A stretch of DNA of 64,000 nucleotides from an uncultured Gemmatimonadaceae bacterium (GTDB taxonomy: Bacteria > Gemmatimonadota > Gemmatimonadetes > Gemmatimonadales > Gemmatimonadaceae), in assembly GCA_963761305.1 (NCBI GenBank), contig CAVXGK010000002.1:2624001-2688000 (forward strand). The letters are read 5' to 3'. Below the pieces are notes generated by a model. It did no database searches, was not told the DNA's origin, and saw nothing but the letters and a program-made list of their open reading frames with translations. This document shows, in pieces, positions 28,895 through 39,518 of this stretch. The position numbers and the translations under genes are program-made. Each line of letters begins with the position of its first letter. Position 1 is the first letter of the stretch.

Positions 28895-29245
28895 ATGGCC
28901 AACGACGACATCTTCCAGCATACCAACCCCGACGTCGACGTCCACGCGATGGGCGAGGTGCACGAGCACCCGACGTGGAAAGAGTACAAGTGGGTGGCGC
29001 TCATCCTCACGCTCATCACGGTCGTCGAGGTGTGGGTCTACTACACGCCATTCTCGAAGACGCCGCTCTTCGTCCCGGTATTGCTCATCATGTCGATCAT
29101 CAAGTTCACGATCGTCGTGATGTTCTACATGCACCTCAAGTACGACCACAAGTTGTTCCGTGCGTTGTTCACCGGCCCGTTGACGATCGCGATGTCCACG
29201 CTCATCGCCCTCCTCTTCCTCTTCGGGAAGTTCGCGGGACGCTAG
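28895..29245 (+). CDS. ctaF: cytochrome c oxidase subunit IV family
   Basis: LITVVEV...KFTIVVMFYMHLKYD; position in the operon. Confidence 0.85.
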   Translation: MANDDIFQHTNPDVDVHAMGEVHEHPTWKEYKWVALILTLITVVEVWVYYTPFSKTPLFVPVLLIMSIIKFTIVVMFYMHLKYDHKLFRALFTGPLTIAMSTLIALLFLFGKFAGR

Positions 29246-29269
29246 CCTCCGGAGCAGGATGATGGACGG

Positions 29270-30112
29270 ATGACCATGCCGATCGTCGCGCTGCTGCACG
29301 TCGGCGCGCGCATGAGCTTGAGGAGTTTCTCGGTGCACCCGAGCACCGTCATCGGCATCATCGCGCTGGCGTTCCTCTACGAGTGGGCCGCGCGGAGGTT
29401 CGTCCCTGCCGACTCCGAGCACCAGCCGCGCCGGCTCGTCTTTCACGGCGCGCTGGTGATCATGTTCTTCTCGCTCAACGGGTGGCTCCACGACCTGAGC
29501 GACGCGTATCTCTTCAGCGCCCACATGGTCCAGCACCTGATGCTGGCGCTGGTCGTCGCACCACTGCTGCTCATGGGCGTGACCGGCGAGATGCTGCGGC
29601 CGGCGCTATCGCTCCGGGGCGTGGCCCCCGTGGCGCGCTGGCTCACCAAGCCGACGCATTGTTTCGCGATCTTCAATGTCGTGCTGGCGGCATGGCACCT
29701 CCCGCCGCTCTACAACTACGCGCTGGCGCACCACCCGGTGCACATCGCCCAGCACCTCATGTTCCTCGTGGCGTCGGTGATCATGTGGTGGCCGGTTCTG
29801 AGCCCGCTGCCGGAGCTGCCGAGGCTCAGCTTCCCGGGGCAGATGCTCTACGTCTTCCTGATGAGCATCCCCATGGCGATCGTCGCGGTCTACATCGCCT
29901 ACGCCGACGAGGTCCTCTATCCGCTGTACGCCTCCGCGCCGCGCGTCTGGGGCATCACGCCGATGAGCGACCAGATGATCGGAGGGCTCATCATGTGGAT
30001 CCCCGGCGGGCTGTTCTTCTACGCCATCGTCTCAGTCGTGTTCTTCCGCTGGCAGCAGAGGGACGGCGTAGAGAGCCGAGCGGGGGCGCAGGTGGATTGG
30101 CACGCGGTCTGA
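29270..30112 (+). CDS. ctaG: caa3-type cytochrome c oxidase assembly factor
   Basis: FSAHMVQH, WHLPPLY, HIAQH, DQMIGGLIMWIPG. Confidence 0.92.
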   Translation: MTMPIVALLHVGARMSLRSFSVHPSTVIGIIALAFLYEWAARRFVPADSEHQPRRLVFHGALVIMFFSLNGWLHDLSDAYLFSAHMVQHLMLALVVAPLLLMGVTGEMLRPALSLRGVAPVARWLTKPTHCFAIFNVVLAAWHLPPLYNYALAHHPVHIAQHLMFLVASVIMWWPVLSPLPELPRLSFPGQMLYVFLMSIPMAIVAVYIAYADEVLYPLYASAPRVWGITPMSDQMIGGLIMWIPGGLFFYAIVSVVFFRWQQRDGVESRAGAQVDWHAV

Positions 30113-30247
30113 CTCGCCATCAATTTGGCCCTTCGGGAAGGGCTCTTTCGCGATACCTCGGTGGTAGCATACTAGTCTGTAAGAATGGGCCCTGTGCGCG
30201 GTTGCGCCCCTCGGCCCAGGCCCGAATTCCCAATCAGGACGGTTAAC

Positions 30248-31585
30248 GTGGCTACGACCGTTCAGCCTCCCTCCGCTCCACCCGGCCCGGGTTCCAGCTC
30301 AGAGCGCGACGTCCGCCCGGGATCGAACGAACCGCCCGGCGGGCAGTCCGCGCGCGTCCCCGAAAAACAGCAAACGGCAAAGGCCCCCAAGGAGCGCCTT
30401 CTTTCGCTCGACGTTTTCCGCGGTCTCACGATCGCGGGGATGCTGCTCGTCAACGACCCGGGAACCTGGAGCTCCATCTACCCGCCGCTCGAGCACGCGG
30501 CGTGGAACGGCTGGACGCCGACCGATCTCGTCTTCCCGTTCTTTCTGTTCATCGCGGGCGTCACGACGCACCTCTCGCTCACGTCGCGGCGCGCGCGCGG
30601 CGACGACGAGTCGGCGATCCGGCGCCAGATCATTCGTCGCGGACTGCTGATTTTCCTGTTCGGCTTCCTCGTCAACGGATTCCCGTTCTTCACGTGGGGG
30701 CACGTGGACGGCATCGCCGACCCGACGTTCGTCCAGCGCGTCGTGGACCGCCTGTACCACTGGCGGATCATGGGTGTCCTGCAACGCATCGGTCTCGCGT
30801 ATTTGTTCGCGGCGCTGCTCACGCAGGGGCGCAGCCTGAAGCGGCAGATCATCACGGTCTGCGCGCTGCTGTTCGGCTACTGGGGGTTGATGACGCTGCT
30901 GCCGGTCCCGGACAGCGGCGTGATGGGGTACCTGACGCTCAACGACGCGCCGAAGACGATGGCCGCCTGGTGGGATCGCTATCTCCTCGACTGGACGCGC
31001 TTCGGCCTCGGCAACCACACTTGGGTGAACAGTCTGACCTGGGATCCGGAGGGGATTTTCTCGACGATCCCGGCGATCGGAACCGCGATGCTAGGCAACC
31101 TGGCCGGACAGTGGATCGGTACCAAACGCCAGCTCGTCGACCGGCTCAACGGACTGTTCGCGGTCGGCGCGCTGGGGATGATGGCCGGGCTCGTCTGGAA
31201 CTGGGTATTCCCGATCAATAAGAGCATCTGGACGAGCTCGTACGTCGTGTTCAGCGCGGGCATGGCCTGCGTTTCGCTCGCCACGATCATGTGGATCGTG
31301 GACGTGCAGGGTTGGAAGCGATGGACGAAGCCGTTCGTCATCTACGGGATGAACCCGATGGTGGCATTCGTCGGGTCCGGCGTGATGGCCCGGTGCATCT
31401 ATTCCATCTTCACGGTTAACTATCACGGCCAGACGATTCCGCTCGAGACGGGGATCTATCAGGCACTGTTCGCCTCATGGCTCGACCCGGTCAACGCCTC
31501 GTTGGCTTTCGCGATCACGTTCGTCTTGTTCTGGTTTGGCATCCTCTACGCACTCTATCGCAAGCAAATCTTCTTCAAAGTCTGA
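30248..31585 (+). CDS. heparan-alpha-glucosaminide N-acetyltransferase-like membrane acyltransferase
   Basis: [49 protein letters not shown]; probable GTG start. Confidence 0.88.
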   Translation: MATTVQPPSAPPGPGSSSERDVRPGSNEPPGGQSARVPEKQQTAKAPKERLLSLDVFRGLTIAGMLLVNDPGTWSSIYPPLEHAAWNGWTPTDLVFPFFLFIAGVTTHLSLTSRRARGDDESAIRRQIIRRGLLIFLFGFLVNGFPFFTWGHVDGIADPTFVQRVVDRLYHWRIMGVLQRIGLAYLFAALLTQGRSLKRQIITVCALLFGYWGLMTLLPVPDSGVMGYLTLNDAPKTMAAWWDRYLLDWTRFGLGNHTWVNSLTWDPEGIFSTIPAIGTAMLGNLAGQWIGTKRQLVDRLNGLFAVGALGMMAGLVWNWVFPINKSIWTSSYVVFSAGMACVSLATIMWIVDVQGWKRWTKPFVIYGMNPMVAFVGSGVMARCIYSIFTVNYHGQTIPLETGIYQALFASWLDPVNASLAFAITFVLFWFGILYALYRKQIFFKV

Positions 31586-33190
31586 TGTTCGATTCTCGCG
31601 TTGGCAGGATGGAGAGGGCGGGCGGGCCGCTGATCGTCGTGAGACGACTGGCGCTCGCGGCCGGTGTGCTCGTTGCGAGCACGGCGCCCGCCACGGCGAT
31701 GCAGGCCGGCGGCGTGTCCTCGTCGTCGCTCGCGGCGATCACGACTGCGCCGACGACGACCAGGAAGCCGAAGCGATCGACCACGACGGCGAAGAAACCG
31801 GCCAAACCGGCGTGGTCGGCGACGGTCGGCAGCGACGCGCTCGCCACGGCGGTGGCCGACGCGCTGAGCCACCGCACGCACGGCGGCACCTGGGGCGCGA
31901 TCATCGTCTCGCTCACGCGGGGCGACACGCTGTTCTCCCAGAACGCCGACGCCATGCTGCAACCGGCCTCGACGCTCAAGATGTACACCTCGGCGGTCGC
32001 GCTCGACCGCTTCGGTCCCGACTATCGATTCAAGACGTCCGTCCTGCGCGACGCGCCGATCGAAGCTGACGGCTCGGTCGCCGGCGGCCTCTACCTGCGG
32101 GGCGTCGGCGATCCGTCGCTCAGCGCGCGCTTCTGGCACGACCAGAATCCGATGGACGCGCTCGCATCCGAGATCGCATCCACCGGCATCAAGCACGTTC
32201 GCGGCGACCTCGTCGGCGACGCGACCGCTTTTGACGACAAGCTCGTTCCGGAAGGCTGGAAGACGAGCTACCTCGGCGCCTCGTACGCGGCTCGCGTGTC
32301 GGCGCTGTCGCTCAACGAGAACCTCGTATGGGTGTCCGTGGAGCCTGGCGGCGGCCGGGCGGTCGTGACGCTCGAGCCGGCGACGACGACGATTCCCGTC
32401 GAGAACAGCGTGCGCGTGGTCAGCGGCGGCAGCGGCCGCATCAGTGCCGTCCGCCAGAACGACGGATCGATCAGCGTGCGCGGGACGATCGGATCGCGAT
32501 CGGGACCGCTCAAGTATTCGCTCGTCGTCGACAACCCGCCACTATTCACCGTGGGCGCGCTACGCGCCGCGTTGCGCAAGCAGGGCATCACGGTCGACGG
32601 CCAGACTCGGCTCGGCGCCACACCCGACGGCGCCACAGAGGTCGCAGCGATCGCGTCGCCAGCCGCTCGGCCAGATCATCGGCGAAATGGACCGGGAGAG
32701 CATCAACGTCGTGGCCGAGCTGTTGTTCCGCGCCGCCGCCCACGCGGCGACGAGTCAGCCGGGTTCCGCCGAGACCGGACTCACCAACCTGCGCGACTTC
32801 ATGACGAAGAAGGTCGGCATCGACGGTTCGGTCGTCCAAGTCTCGGACGGCAGCGGGCTTTCGCTGCTCGACCGGGTGACGCCGCGCTCCATGGTCGACC
32901 TCCTGTCGTACGTGCATCGCGCGGAATGGGGTCCGGTCTTCCACGCGGCGCTCCCGGTGGAGGGCGAGTCGGGCACGCTCAAGCGTCGCGCCCGCGGCAC
33001 ACCGGCGCGTGGAAACCTGCACGCCAAGACCGGCACGACGAACACGGTCGCCGCCCTCGGCGGTTTCGTCACCGCTAAGAACGGCGAGGTGCTCGCGTTC
33101 TCGCTGCTGTACAACGGCGGCGACCGCTGGAACGCCAAGACGGCGATGGACCAGATCGGCGCCACGATGGCGGAGTTCGTCCGCCAATAG
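31585..33190 (+). pseudogene. dacB: D-alanyl-D-alanine carboxypeptidase/endopeptidase (PBP4, S13) split by a 1-nt frameshift
   Basis: PASTLK (SxxK) and GVGDP in one frame; ESIN (SxN), DGSGLS and KTGT in another; apparent extra base near 32661. Confidence 0.85.
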
Positions 33191-33205
33191 CCCGGCCGCG
33201 CGGAA

Positions 33206-34345
33206 TCAGGATTCTTTGATGTCGATTCCGCGCTTCCGCAGCTCGCTGATGTAGGTGGTCGCCGGCACGCATTCGTCCGGCGTGCACACGCCGGGCGGCG
33301 CGATCTGCCCGCGCACCTGCATCAGCCCCGTGATCGAGAGCGAGTAGCCCGTCGTGCGCATCATCGCGCTCACACCGTGCTTCTCGTCGTAGCGGTCGAC
33401 GAGCTCGAACGACCTGCTCGCTTTCGTCCCGTTGTTGGAACCCGTCACGACGACGCGCAGCGCGACGAGATCGCGCCCCTTGGGCTTGGTGAGCTTGGGC
33501 TGCACGACGGCGATGAAGGCGTCGCGCGGCGCGACCTTCACGCCCTTCACGTCCACCGGGGCGGTGTCGAGCAGGCCGAGCGAGCGGATGTCCTCCATGA
33601 TCTGGGCGTGTCCGGGATAGCGAAGGGTCTTGTACTCCATCGCCGGAATCTTCCCCTCGTAGCGGAACGCCATCGTCGACAGGCCGCCGGCCGTGTGAAA
33701 CGCCTCGAGCTCGCCGAGCTGCGAGAACGTCACCGGCTCCCGCTCGGAGAGGGCCGTCACCTGCGTTCGCTTCCCGTCGCGCAGCACCCACGACAGCGTC
33801 GTGTAGTAGTCGAGCGCGCCCTCGAGCGAATAGACCAGCATGTAGTTGAGCGGCGGCTCGGGGTGCTGCGGCAAGCCGCCGACGAAGATCTTCACCGAGT
33901 CGACGCGATCGAACTGCTCGATGCCGTACTGCGCGAGGATGTTCACCATGCCCGGCGCGAGGCCGCAGTCGGGAACGACGGTGACGCGCTTTTCCTTCGC
34001 GTAGGTATCGAGCCCCTTCTGCTTGAAGACGATTTCGGTGTTGCCGCCCAGATCGCAGAAGTGCACGCCGGCTTCGACCGCCAGGCGGGCCATGTCGTAG
34101 TTGAGGTAGTATGGGATCGCGCTCATGACGGCGTCGCACTGGCGCATCGCGCCCAGGACAGCCGCGTGATCGCGCACGTCGAGGACCGTGGGGAGAAGCC
34201 GCGGCCCGGAGTAGGGAGCCAGAAACTCAGCCAGATGGCCGCCGTGGACGTCGGCGAGGCGGACTTCTTCTACGTCTTTGTCGTGAAGCAGGTCATACGC
34301 GCAGGCGGAACCCTGCAGCCCTGCGCCCAACACGAGCATTCGCAT
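33206..34345 (-). CDS. saccharopine dehydrogenase / lysine 6-dehydrogenase family oxidoreductase
   Basis: Rossmann VLGAGLQG; DLGGN; DCGLAPG; VGGLP; KTLRYPGH. Confidence 0.9.
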   Translation of the reverse strand: MRMLVLGAGLQGSACAYDLLHDKDVEEVRLADVHGGHLAEFLAPYSGPRLLPTVLDVRDHAAVLGAMRQCDAVMSAIPYYLNYDMARLAVEAGVHFCDLGGNTEIVFKQKGLDTYAKEKRVTVVPDCGLAPGMVNILAQYGIEQFDRVDSVKIFVGGLPQHPEPPLNYMLVYSLEGALDYYTTLSWVLRDGKRTQVTALSEREPVTFSQLGELEAFHTAGGLSTMAFRYEGKIPAMEYKTLRYPGHAQIMEDIRSLGLLDTAPVDVKGVKVAPRDAFIAVVQPKLTKPKGRDLVALRVVVTGSNNGTKASRSFELVDRYDEKHGVSAMMRTTGYSLSITGLMQVRGQIAPPGVCTPDECVPATTYISELRKRGIDIKES

Positions 34346-34405
34346 CTTGGGGAGAAGCTCCGGTGGCTGAAATCGAGGGGTCGGGCAGAGAAACCTAACG
34401 CGACC

Positions 34406-35371
34406 CTACCGCTCGACGATCAGCGTTCCCCGGCGTGCGTCGAAGGTCCAACGCCCGCTCCGCAGCAGCGTCGCGACGTCTGCCGGCGTCGCGAGCCAGA
34501 CACCCGAGCGCAGCACCGAGATTCCGGTCGGCCGGTCGAGCGTTGGAAGCCGATCGCCGGGCACCTGCTCGTGGACGGACCCGTCGAGGTGCAGCGTCAG
34601 CGTCGCTGAGCTCGCGTCGCCACTCGGCGCGAAGCGCCCGAGGTCGGAGAGGCCGATCCGCGCCTGAGCTCCGGACGGCAGGCGTGCCGCGGTCACCGGC
34701 TGGTTCAGCATCGTCAAGCTGCCGATGCTCACGCTGTCGGCTACCGCGAGAAAGTCGCTGTCGCCTGTAGTATCCGCCCCGGCGGCGAACAAAGGAAGCG
34801 GGCGGTTCCCGAGCGCCGACCGCGAGACGGCGATGCCGCGCGCGCCCGCACTCACCGATGCGACGAGCGTCACGCCGTTGACCCGAATCGCGACGTTGCC
34901 GAGCGAGGCCGCGTCGTCGTTCGGCGCGATCGCCAGCGTGATCACCGAATCCGGCGCGACGACGCGCGGGTCGTGCGTCGTGAGCCACTTCGCGCGCTCG
35001 CGCTGAGCGGGCGACGCGGCCGGCGACGCGGCGAGCGGCGCGAAGTCGGCCATCTGGAGATACGCCCCGACCAGCTCGCGCCCGACGACGACCGGATCGC
35101 CTCCGAACTGCAGCGCTTCCTCGAGCAGCGTCGCGCCAACGCGCGTCGCTCCTCGTGCGATGAGAAATCGCCCCAGCGCCGCGCGGGCCGGCGGATCTCG
35201 CGGCCGATTGCGCGCGCCGGCATAGTACGCCGACTCGGCGCGGACTAGATCGCCGGCGGCGAGCAACGAGTCCGCCTGCGCGGATGCCTGGCCGAGCGCC
35301 GGCGTCGGCGCGACGAGCGCGACACACAGCGCCGCCGCCGTAGTGCCGATGCGCTTCACGACGGCGGTCAC
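34406..35371 (-). CDS. exported hypothetical protein (TPR-like N-terminus, beta-rich C-terminus)
   Basis: GTG overlapping the upstream TGA; signal peptide; helical repeat followed by beta-strand-rich region. Confidence 0.65.
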   Translation of the reverse strand: MTAVVKRIGTTAAALCVALVAPTPALGQASAQADSLLAAGDLVRAESAYYAGARNRPRDPPARAALGRFLIARGATRVGATLLEEALQFGGDPVVVGRELVGAYLQMADFAPLAASPAASPAQRERAKWLTTHDPRVVAPDSVITLAIAPNDDAASLGNVAIRVNGVTLVASVSAGARGIAVSRSALGNRPLPLFAAGADTTGDSDFLAVADSVSIGSLTMLNQPVTAARLPSGAQARIGLSDLGRFAPSGDASSATLTLHLDGSVHEQVPGDRLPTLDRPTGISVLRSGVWLATPADVATLLRSGRWTFDARRGTLIVER

Positions 35372-37017
35372 TTGGCCGGCGTAAGCCGCATGGCCGCCAG
35401 CAACGTGACCTTTGGATCGAGGTCGACTTCCGATGGCGACGTCGGCGATCCGATTCGGATGGAGTGCAACTCGGTGTCGGCTGGAATCGGCAGCATCGCG
35501 CGGTGCACTCCGCCTAGCGAGTCGACGACGTCGATGAGGAGCGGGAACCGGAACGTGCCGAATCGCGACGACTGGCGGACGTCGATCACGGCCTCGTGCG
35601 TCTCGTGATCGTAGCGCCACCGCGCGTCCACTTCGGGATAGCCGGGGCGCCGCAGCCACTGGTCGAAGAACCAGTCCAGCTTTTTGTTGGCTGCGCTCTC
35701 CATCGCCGACTGGAGATCGTCGGTGACCGCGTTGCCGTCTCGATGCGCGGCATAGTACGAGCGTAGCGCGTGGAAGAAGGCCGAATCTCCGACCTCCGTG
35801 CGGAGCATCTGGAGCACGAAACCGCCCTTCTCGTAACTGTTGCGATTGAGCAGCTGGATCAGAGTGGTTTCGATCGTGTCGATGACCGGCCGCTTGGTGA
35901 CCGATACGGTGTCGCGCAGCACGGTCGTGCGGATGGCACGCATTCGCGTGCGGAAGGCCGAGTCGCCGCGCGCCTCGCGGTCCCACAGCGCCGCGAAGTA
36001 CGTGGCGAAGCCTTCGGAGAGCCAAACGTGCGGCCATGCACGCTCGGTGACGGCGTCGCCGAACCACTGATGTGCGGTCTCGTGGGCGATGAGGTCGTCG
36101 TTCATCGTGCCGCGGCGGAACGCGCCGTCGGAGTAGAAGATCTCGCTCGCGTTCTCCATCCCACCGTAGCGCGTCGACGATTGCAGATGCGCGAGCTTCT
36201 CATACGGGAACGGCGCGACGAGGCGCGAGAAGAGCGCGACGATGTCGCCGGCGCGCGCGAACGGGCCGGGCATCGTCTTCGCCTGTTCGGGCGCGGTGTA
36301 GACGAACTGCGGCACGCACCGCTGACCGTCGGCCAGGCCACATGCTGTTTCGCCCAGGTCGTACCGTACGAGCGGCGCCGCGGCGATGACCATGAGATAC
36401 GTCGGGATCGGACGGGACTCGCGCCAGACCCACTCGGTACGCGGTCCGGCCTGCCCGTCGGCGACCGGGCGGGTCGAGACCAACGCTCCATTCGCCACGA
36501 CGGTCTTGGCCGGCGACGCGCGCACGCGCCACGTGACGGTCGCCTTGTCGCTCGGATGGTCGAGACTCGGAATCCAGTGTCGCGCGCGGTCCGGCCAGTT
36601 GTCGCCGAAGTACGTCCAGCGGCCGGCACTATCGCGGCGCGCGATCAGTCCGTCGGTGACCGCGCCGCCATACTCGACTTCGACTTGCGTCCTGTCGCCG
36701 ACGCGTGCCGCGGGGAGAACGACGGAGATACCGGCGGGCGTCTGCCGAAACACGGCGGCCTTTCCGTTCACGGCCACGCGAGCGACCGTGAGGTCGAGCA
36801 GGTCGAGCATCAGCGTGTCGCGCGGAGCGGTGCGTTCCACGGTGAGCGTCGCGTCGGCATGGATCGTCGCGCCCGAGTCGGGAACGTCGATCGCGATGTC
36901 GTAGTGTCGAACGCGAAACCCCGGGCGATAGGCGGCGGTCTGCGCGCCGGATCGCGGCGCGATCGTCGTCCCGAATGTCAGAATTGCCGCGACGGCCAGC
37001 CGGGTTCGCATGGTCAT
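35368..37017 (-). CDS. M1 family aminopeptidase, exported
   Basis: GGMEN; HETAHQWFG...WLSEGFATY; YEKG. Confidence 0.93.
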   Translation of the reverse strand: MTMRTRLAVAAILTFGTTIAPRSGAQTAAYRPGFRVRHYDIAIDVPDSGATIHADATLTVERTAPRDTLMLDLLDLTVARVAVNGKAAVFRQTPAGISVVLPAARVGDRTQVEVEYGGAVTDGLIARRDSAGRWTYFGDNWPDRARHWIPSLDHPSDKATVTWRVRASPAKTVVANGALVSTRPVADGQAGPRTEWVWRESRPIPTYLMVIAAAPLVRYDLGETACGLADGQRCVPQFVYTAPEQAKTMPGPFARAGDIVALFSRLVAPFPYEKLAHLQSSTRYGGMENASEIFYSDGAFRRGTMNDDLIAHETAHQWFGDAVTERAWPHVWLSEGFATYFAALWDREARGDSAFRTRMRAIRTTVLRDTVSVTKRPVIDTIETTLIQLLNRNSYEKGGFVLQMLRTEVGDSAFFHALRSYYAAHRDGNAVTDDLQSAMESAANKKLDWFFDQWLRRPGYPEVDARWRYDHETHEAVIDVRQSSRFGTFRFPLLIDVVDSLGGVHRAMLPIPADTELHSIRIGSPTSPSEVDLDPKVTLLAAMRLTPAK

Positions 37018-37035
37018 GCGTCGTCCCTCACAGGG

Positions 37036-38004
37036 TTACACCGCGCTTCGTCCGTCCTGCGCGGCCGCCGCGAACGCTTTTGCGAAATCGACCGCCGTCT
37101 GATATCGGTCGTTCGGCTCGCGCCGCATGGCTTTCTCGAGAACGACGTCAACCTGGCGCGGAAACCGCAGGTCGGGACGCGCCTCGTGCAGGGTAATCGG
37201 ATCTTCTTTGAGCCGCGCGATCATGAGCGCCTGCTGCGTGCGTCCGCCGAACGGCAGCTTGCCCGTGAGCATCTCGAAGGTGACGAGTCCGAGCGCGTAC
37301 ACATCGGACCGGCGATCGAGCGATCTGCCGCGCAGTTGCTCGGGACTCATGAACTCCGGCGTACCCAGCACGATGCCGGTGGCGGTGAGCTTTTCGAGCT
37401 CTTTGCCGGCGTTGTGTGCTTTGGCCAAACCGAAATCCATCACGACCGCGTGCACGCCGCCGGCGTCCGTCCGGATGATGACGTTCTCCGGCTTGAGATC
37501 GCGATGCACGATTCCATTCTCGTGAGCGGCGTGCAAACCGGCGGCAATGTCGCTCACCAGGCGAACCACCTCGTCGAGCGGAATTTGGCCGAGGCGGTTC
37601 GTCCGCTCGACAAGTACCTCGCCTTCGACGTAGGGCATGACCATGTACGTCGCGCCGTCGGCCGTCTGCCCGAGGCGGATGATGTGGCAGATGTTCGGGT
37701 GGGCGAGCCGCATGCCGTACGCGGCCTCTCGCCGCAGACGCACCATCGCCTTGGGATCGCGGCCGAGGCCGCGAGTCAGCACTTTGATGGCGACGATCTC
37801 GTCCGTCGTCTTGTCCGACGCGAGATACACGAGGCTCATCCCGCCTTCGCCCAGCTTGCGCTGGATCTCGTAGCGATCGTCGAGCGTCTGGCCGACCAGT
37901 TCGGCCGTCGGTGGCGTCGGAACGACCAGCCGGGTTCCGTCGCGCGTGCAGAAATTGGCTTCGTCGCCGTATTCTCGGCCGCAGTTCGGACAACGTTTGT
38001 TCAC
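37036..38004 (-). CDS. Hanks-type Ser/Thr protein kinase with N-terminal zinc ribbon
   Basis: CPNC..CTRD; LGEGGMSLVY, VAIK, HRDLKPEN, DFG, SPE, SDVY. Confidence 0.93.
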   Translation of the reverse strand: MNKRCPNCGREYGDEANFCTRDGTRLVVPTPPTAELVGQTLDDRYEIQRKLGEGGMSLVYLASDKTTDEIVAIKVLTRGLGRDPKAMVRLRREAAYGMRLAHPNICHIIRLGQTADGATYMVMPYVEGEVLVERTNRLGQIPLDEVVRLVSDIAAGLHAAHENGIVHRDLKPENVIIRTDAGGVHAVVMDFGLAKAHNAGKELEKLTATGIVLGTPEFMSPEQLRGRSLDRRSDVYALGLVTFEMLTGKLPFGGRTQQALMIARLKEDPITLHEARPDLRFPRQVDVVLEKAMRREPNDRYQTAVDFAKAFAAAAQDGRSAV

Positions 38005-39518
38005 GTTCTGACCTGGTTCCTCCCGCCTGACTTCGCGCGATACAGCGCCTCGTCGGCCCGCGCGAACAGGTCGTCGGTCGACGCCACTCCGGACGAAGGA
38101 AACGTAGCCAGGCCTATGCTGACCGTGAGTCGCACCGACCGCTGGCCGCCGATGTCGAAGACCTGCGCCGCGATCCGCTCGCGCAGACGTTCGGCGAACA
38201 CGGCGGCACCGTCCATCAGCGTTTCGGGAAGCATCGCGACGAACTCTTCGCCGCCGTAGCGCGCGAGGACGTCGACCTTTCGCATCGCGTCGGACAGGAG
38301 CGCGCCGAGCTGGCGGAGCACGCTGTCGCCCGCGAGGTGTCCGGCGGTGTCGTTGATTTCCTTGAAGTGGTCGATGTCGAACAGGAGCAGCGCGAGCGAC
38401 GAATCATATCGACGCGCGCGGTCGCACTCGGCGGTGAGACGGTCCAGCAGCGCCCGCCTGTTGAGGACGCGTGTGAGCGGGTCCGTCGTCGCGAGCGCCT
38501 CGAGGCGGCGGTTCTCGGCGCGGGTCGTCTCCAGCGCCTGCGCACGGCGAACCACGGCGACAGCGGCGCGCAACACGGCGTCGACGAACGACACGTCTTC
38601 GGCGGTGAGTGCGCGCTCTTCGCGCAGCGTACGCAGCAGCAACGCGCCGGACCGCCAGCGGTCGATCGCGAACGGAATCGCCGCCGACGACCGAATCTCG
38701 GCGCGCGTTCCTTCGCGCCCCGCTCCGGGAACGTCGGCGAGCTTCGCGTACAGCGGATGTCCTCGCGCATCCTCGATCAACAGCGATCGTCCCGACGCGA
38801 TCGCGGTCGCGACTTCGGGATAGGCCTCGAGGCGAATCTCCGGACCGTGCACCGACTCGCCCTGCGCCGCGGCGAGCATGCCCGTCGTTTCGCCCGGACG
38901 CGCCAGCAGGATCACCGATCGCGGCAGGCCGAGCGCGCGGGCGATTCGCCGCGCGAGCACGCGATAGATCTCCGACGCCGCGAGCTCCCCCGTGATCTCG
39001 TGCAGAATCTCGACGAGACGACGATTGCTGGCCGCGTCTTCGCGGACGCGCTCGAGCTCCACCGTCGTGTCGTGCAGCGCGGATCGCGCGGCGCGAAGCT
39101 GGTCGCTGGCGCGAAGCTGCGTGCGAACCCGGCCGAGCAGCTCGGCGACGCGCAGCGGCTTGCTCACCCAGTCGTCGGCACCTGTTGGGAGACCCTCGTC
39201 CGCATTGCCGGCCGGCCAGGGCGTGGTGACGACGACGCGCACGTCGTGACAGCGCTCGTCGGCACGCAGGTCCGAGAGTACGCCGAGGTCGCGCTGCGCG
39301 ACGCTGCCGTCGAGGACGATGAGATCGGGCGCGTCGCTCTCGATCAGCTTGAACAGCTCGACGCGGTCGCTCGCCGTCGAGACGGTGAAGCCGTGCTCGC
39401 GCAGCAGCCAGGAGATTGTTCCCGCGACCACCGGATCGCGTTCGGCGACTACGACACGAGTCCCCGTGGCCGGGGTGGACGTAGGCGTGGCGAGACGGAT
39501 CTCACCCGAGGAGCTCAC
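38001..39518 (-). CDS. diguanylate cyclase (REC-GAF-GGDEF)
   Basis: PDLIVLD and SKP (REC); TDPLT..NRR, DIDHFK.IND..GH, I-site RKVD, RYGGEEF. Confidence 0.93.
   Translation of the reverse strand: MSSSGEIRLATPTSTPATGTRVVVAERDPVVAGTISWLLREHGFTVSTASDRVELFKLIESDAPDLIVLDGSVAQRDLGVLSDLRADERCHDVRVVVTTPWPAGNADEGLPTGADDWVSKPLRVAELLGRVRTQLRASDQLRAARSALHDTTVELERVREDAASNRRLVEILHEITGELAASEIYRVLARRIARALGLPRSVILLARPGETTGMLAAAQGESVHGPEIRLEAYPEVATAIASGRSLLIEDARGHPLYAKLADVPGAGREGTRAEIRSSAAIPFAIDRWRSGALLLRTLREERALTAEDVSFVDAVLRAAVAVVRRAQALETTRAENRRLEALATTDPLTRVLNRRALLDRLTAECDRARRYDSSLALLLFDIDHFKEINDTAGHLAGDSVLRQLGALLSDAMRKVDVLARYGGEEFVAMLPETLMDGAAVFAERLRERIAAQVFDIGGQRSVRLTVSIGLATFPSSGVASTDDLFARADEALYRAKSGGRNQVRT

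Noticed and set aside
32641..32680. Programmed ribosomal frameshift in dacB
   Set aside because: No slippery sequence or evident stimulatory element; an indel is the simpler explanation
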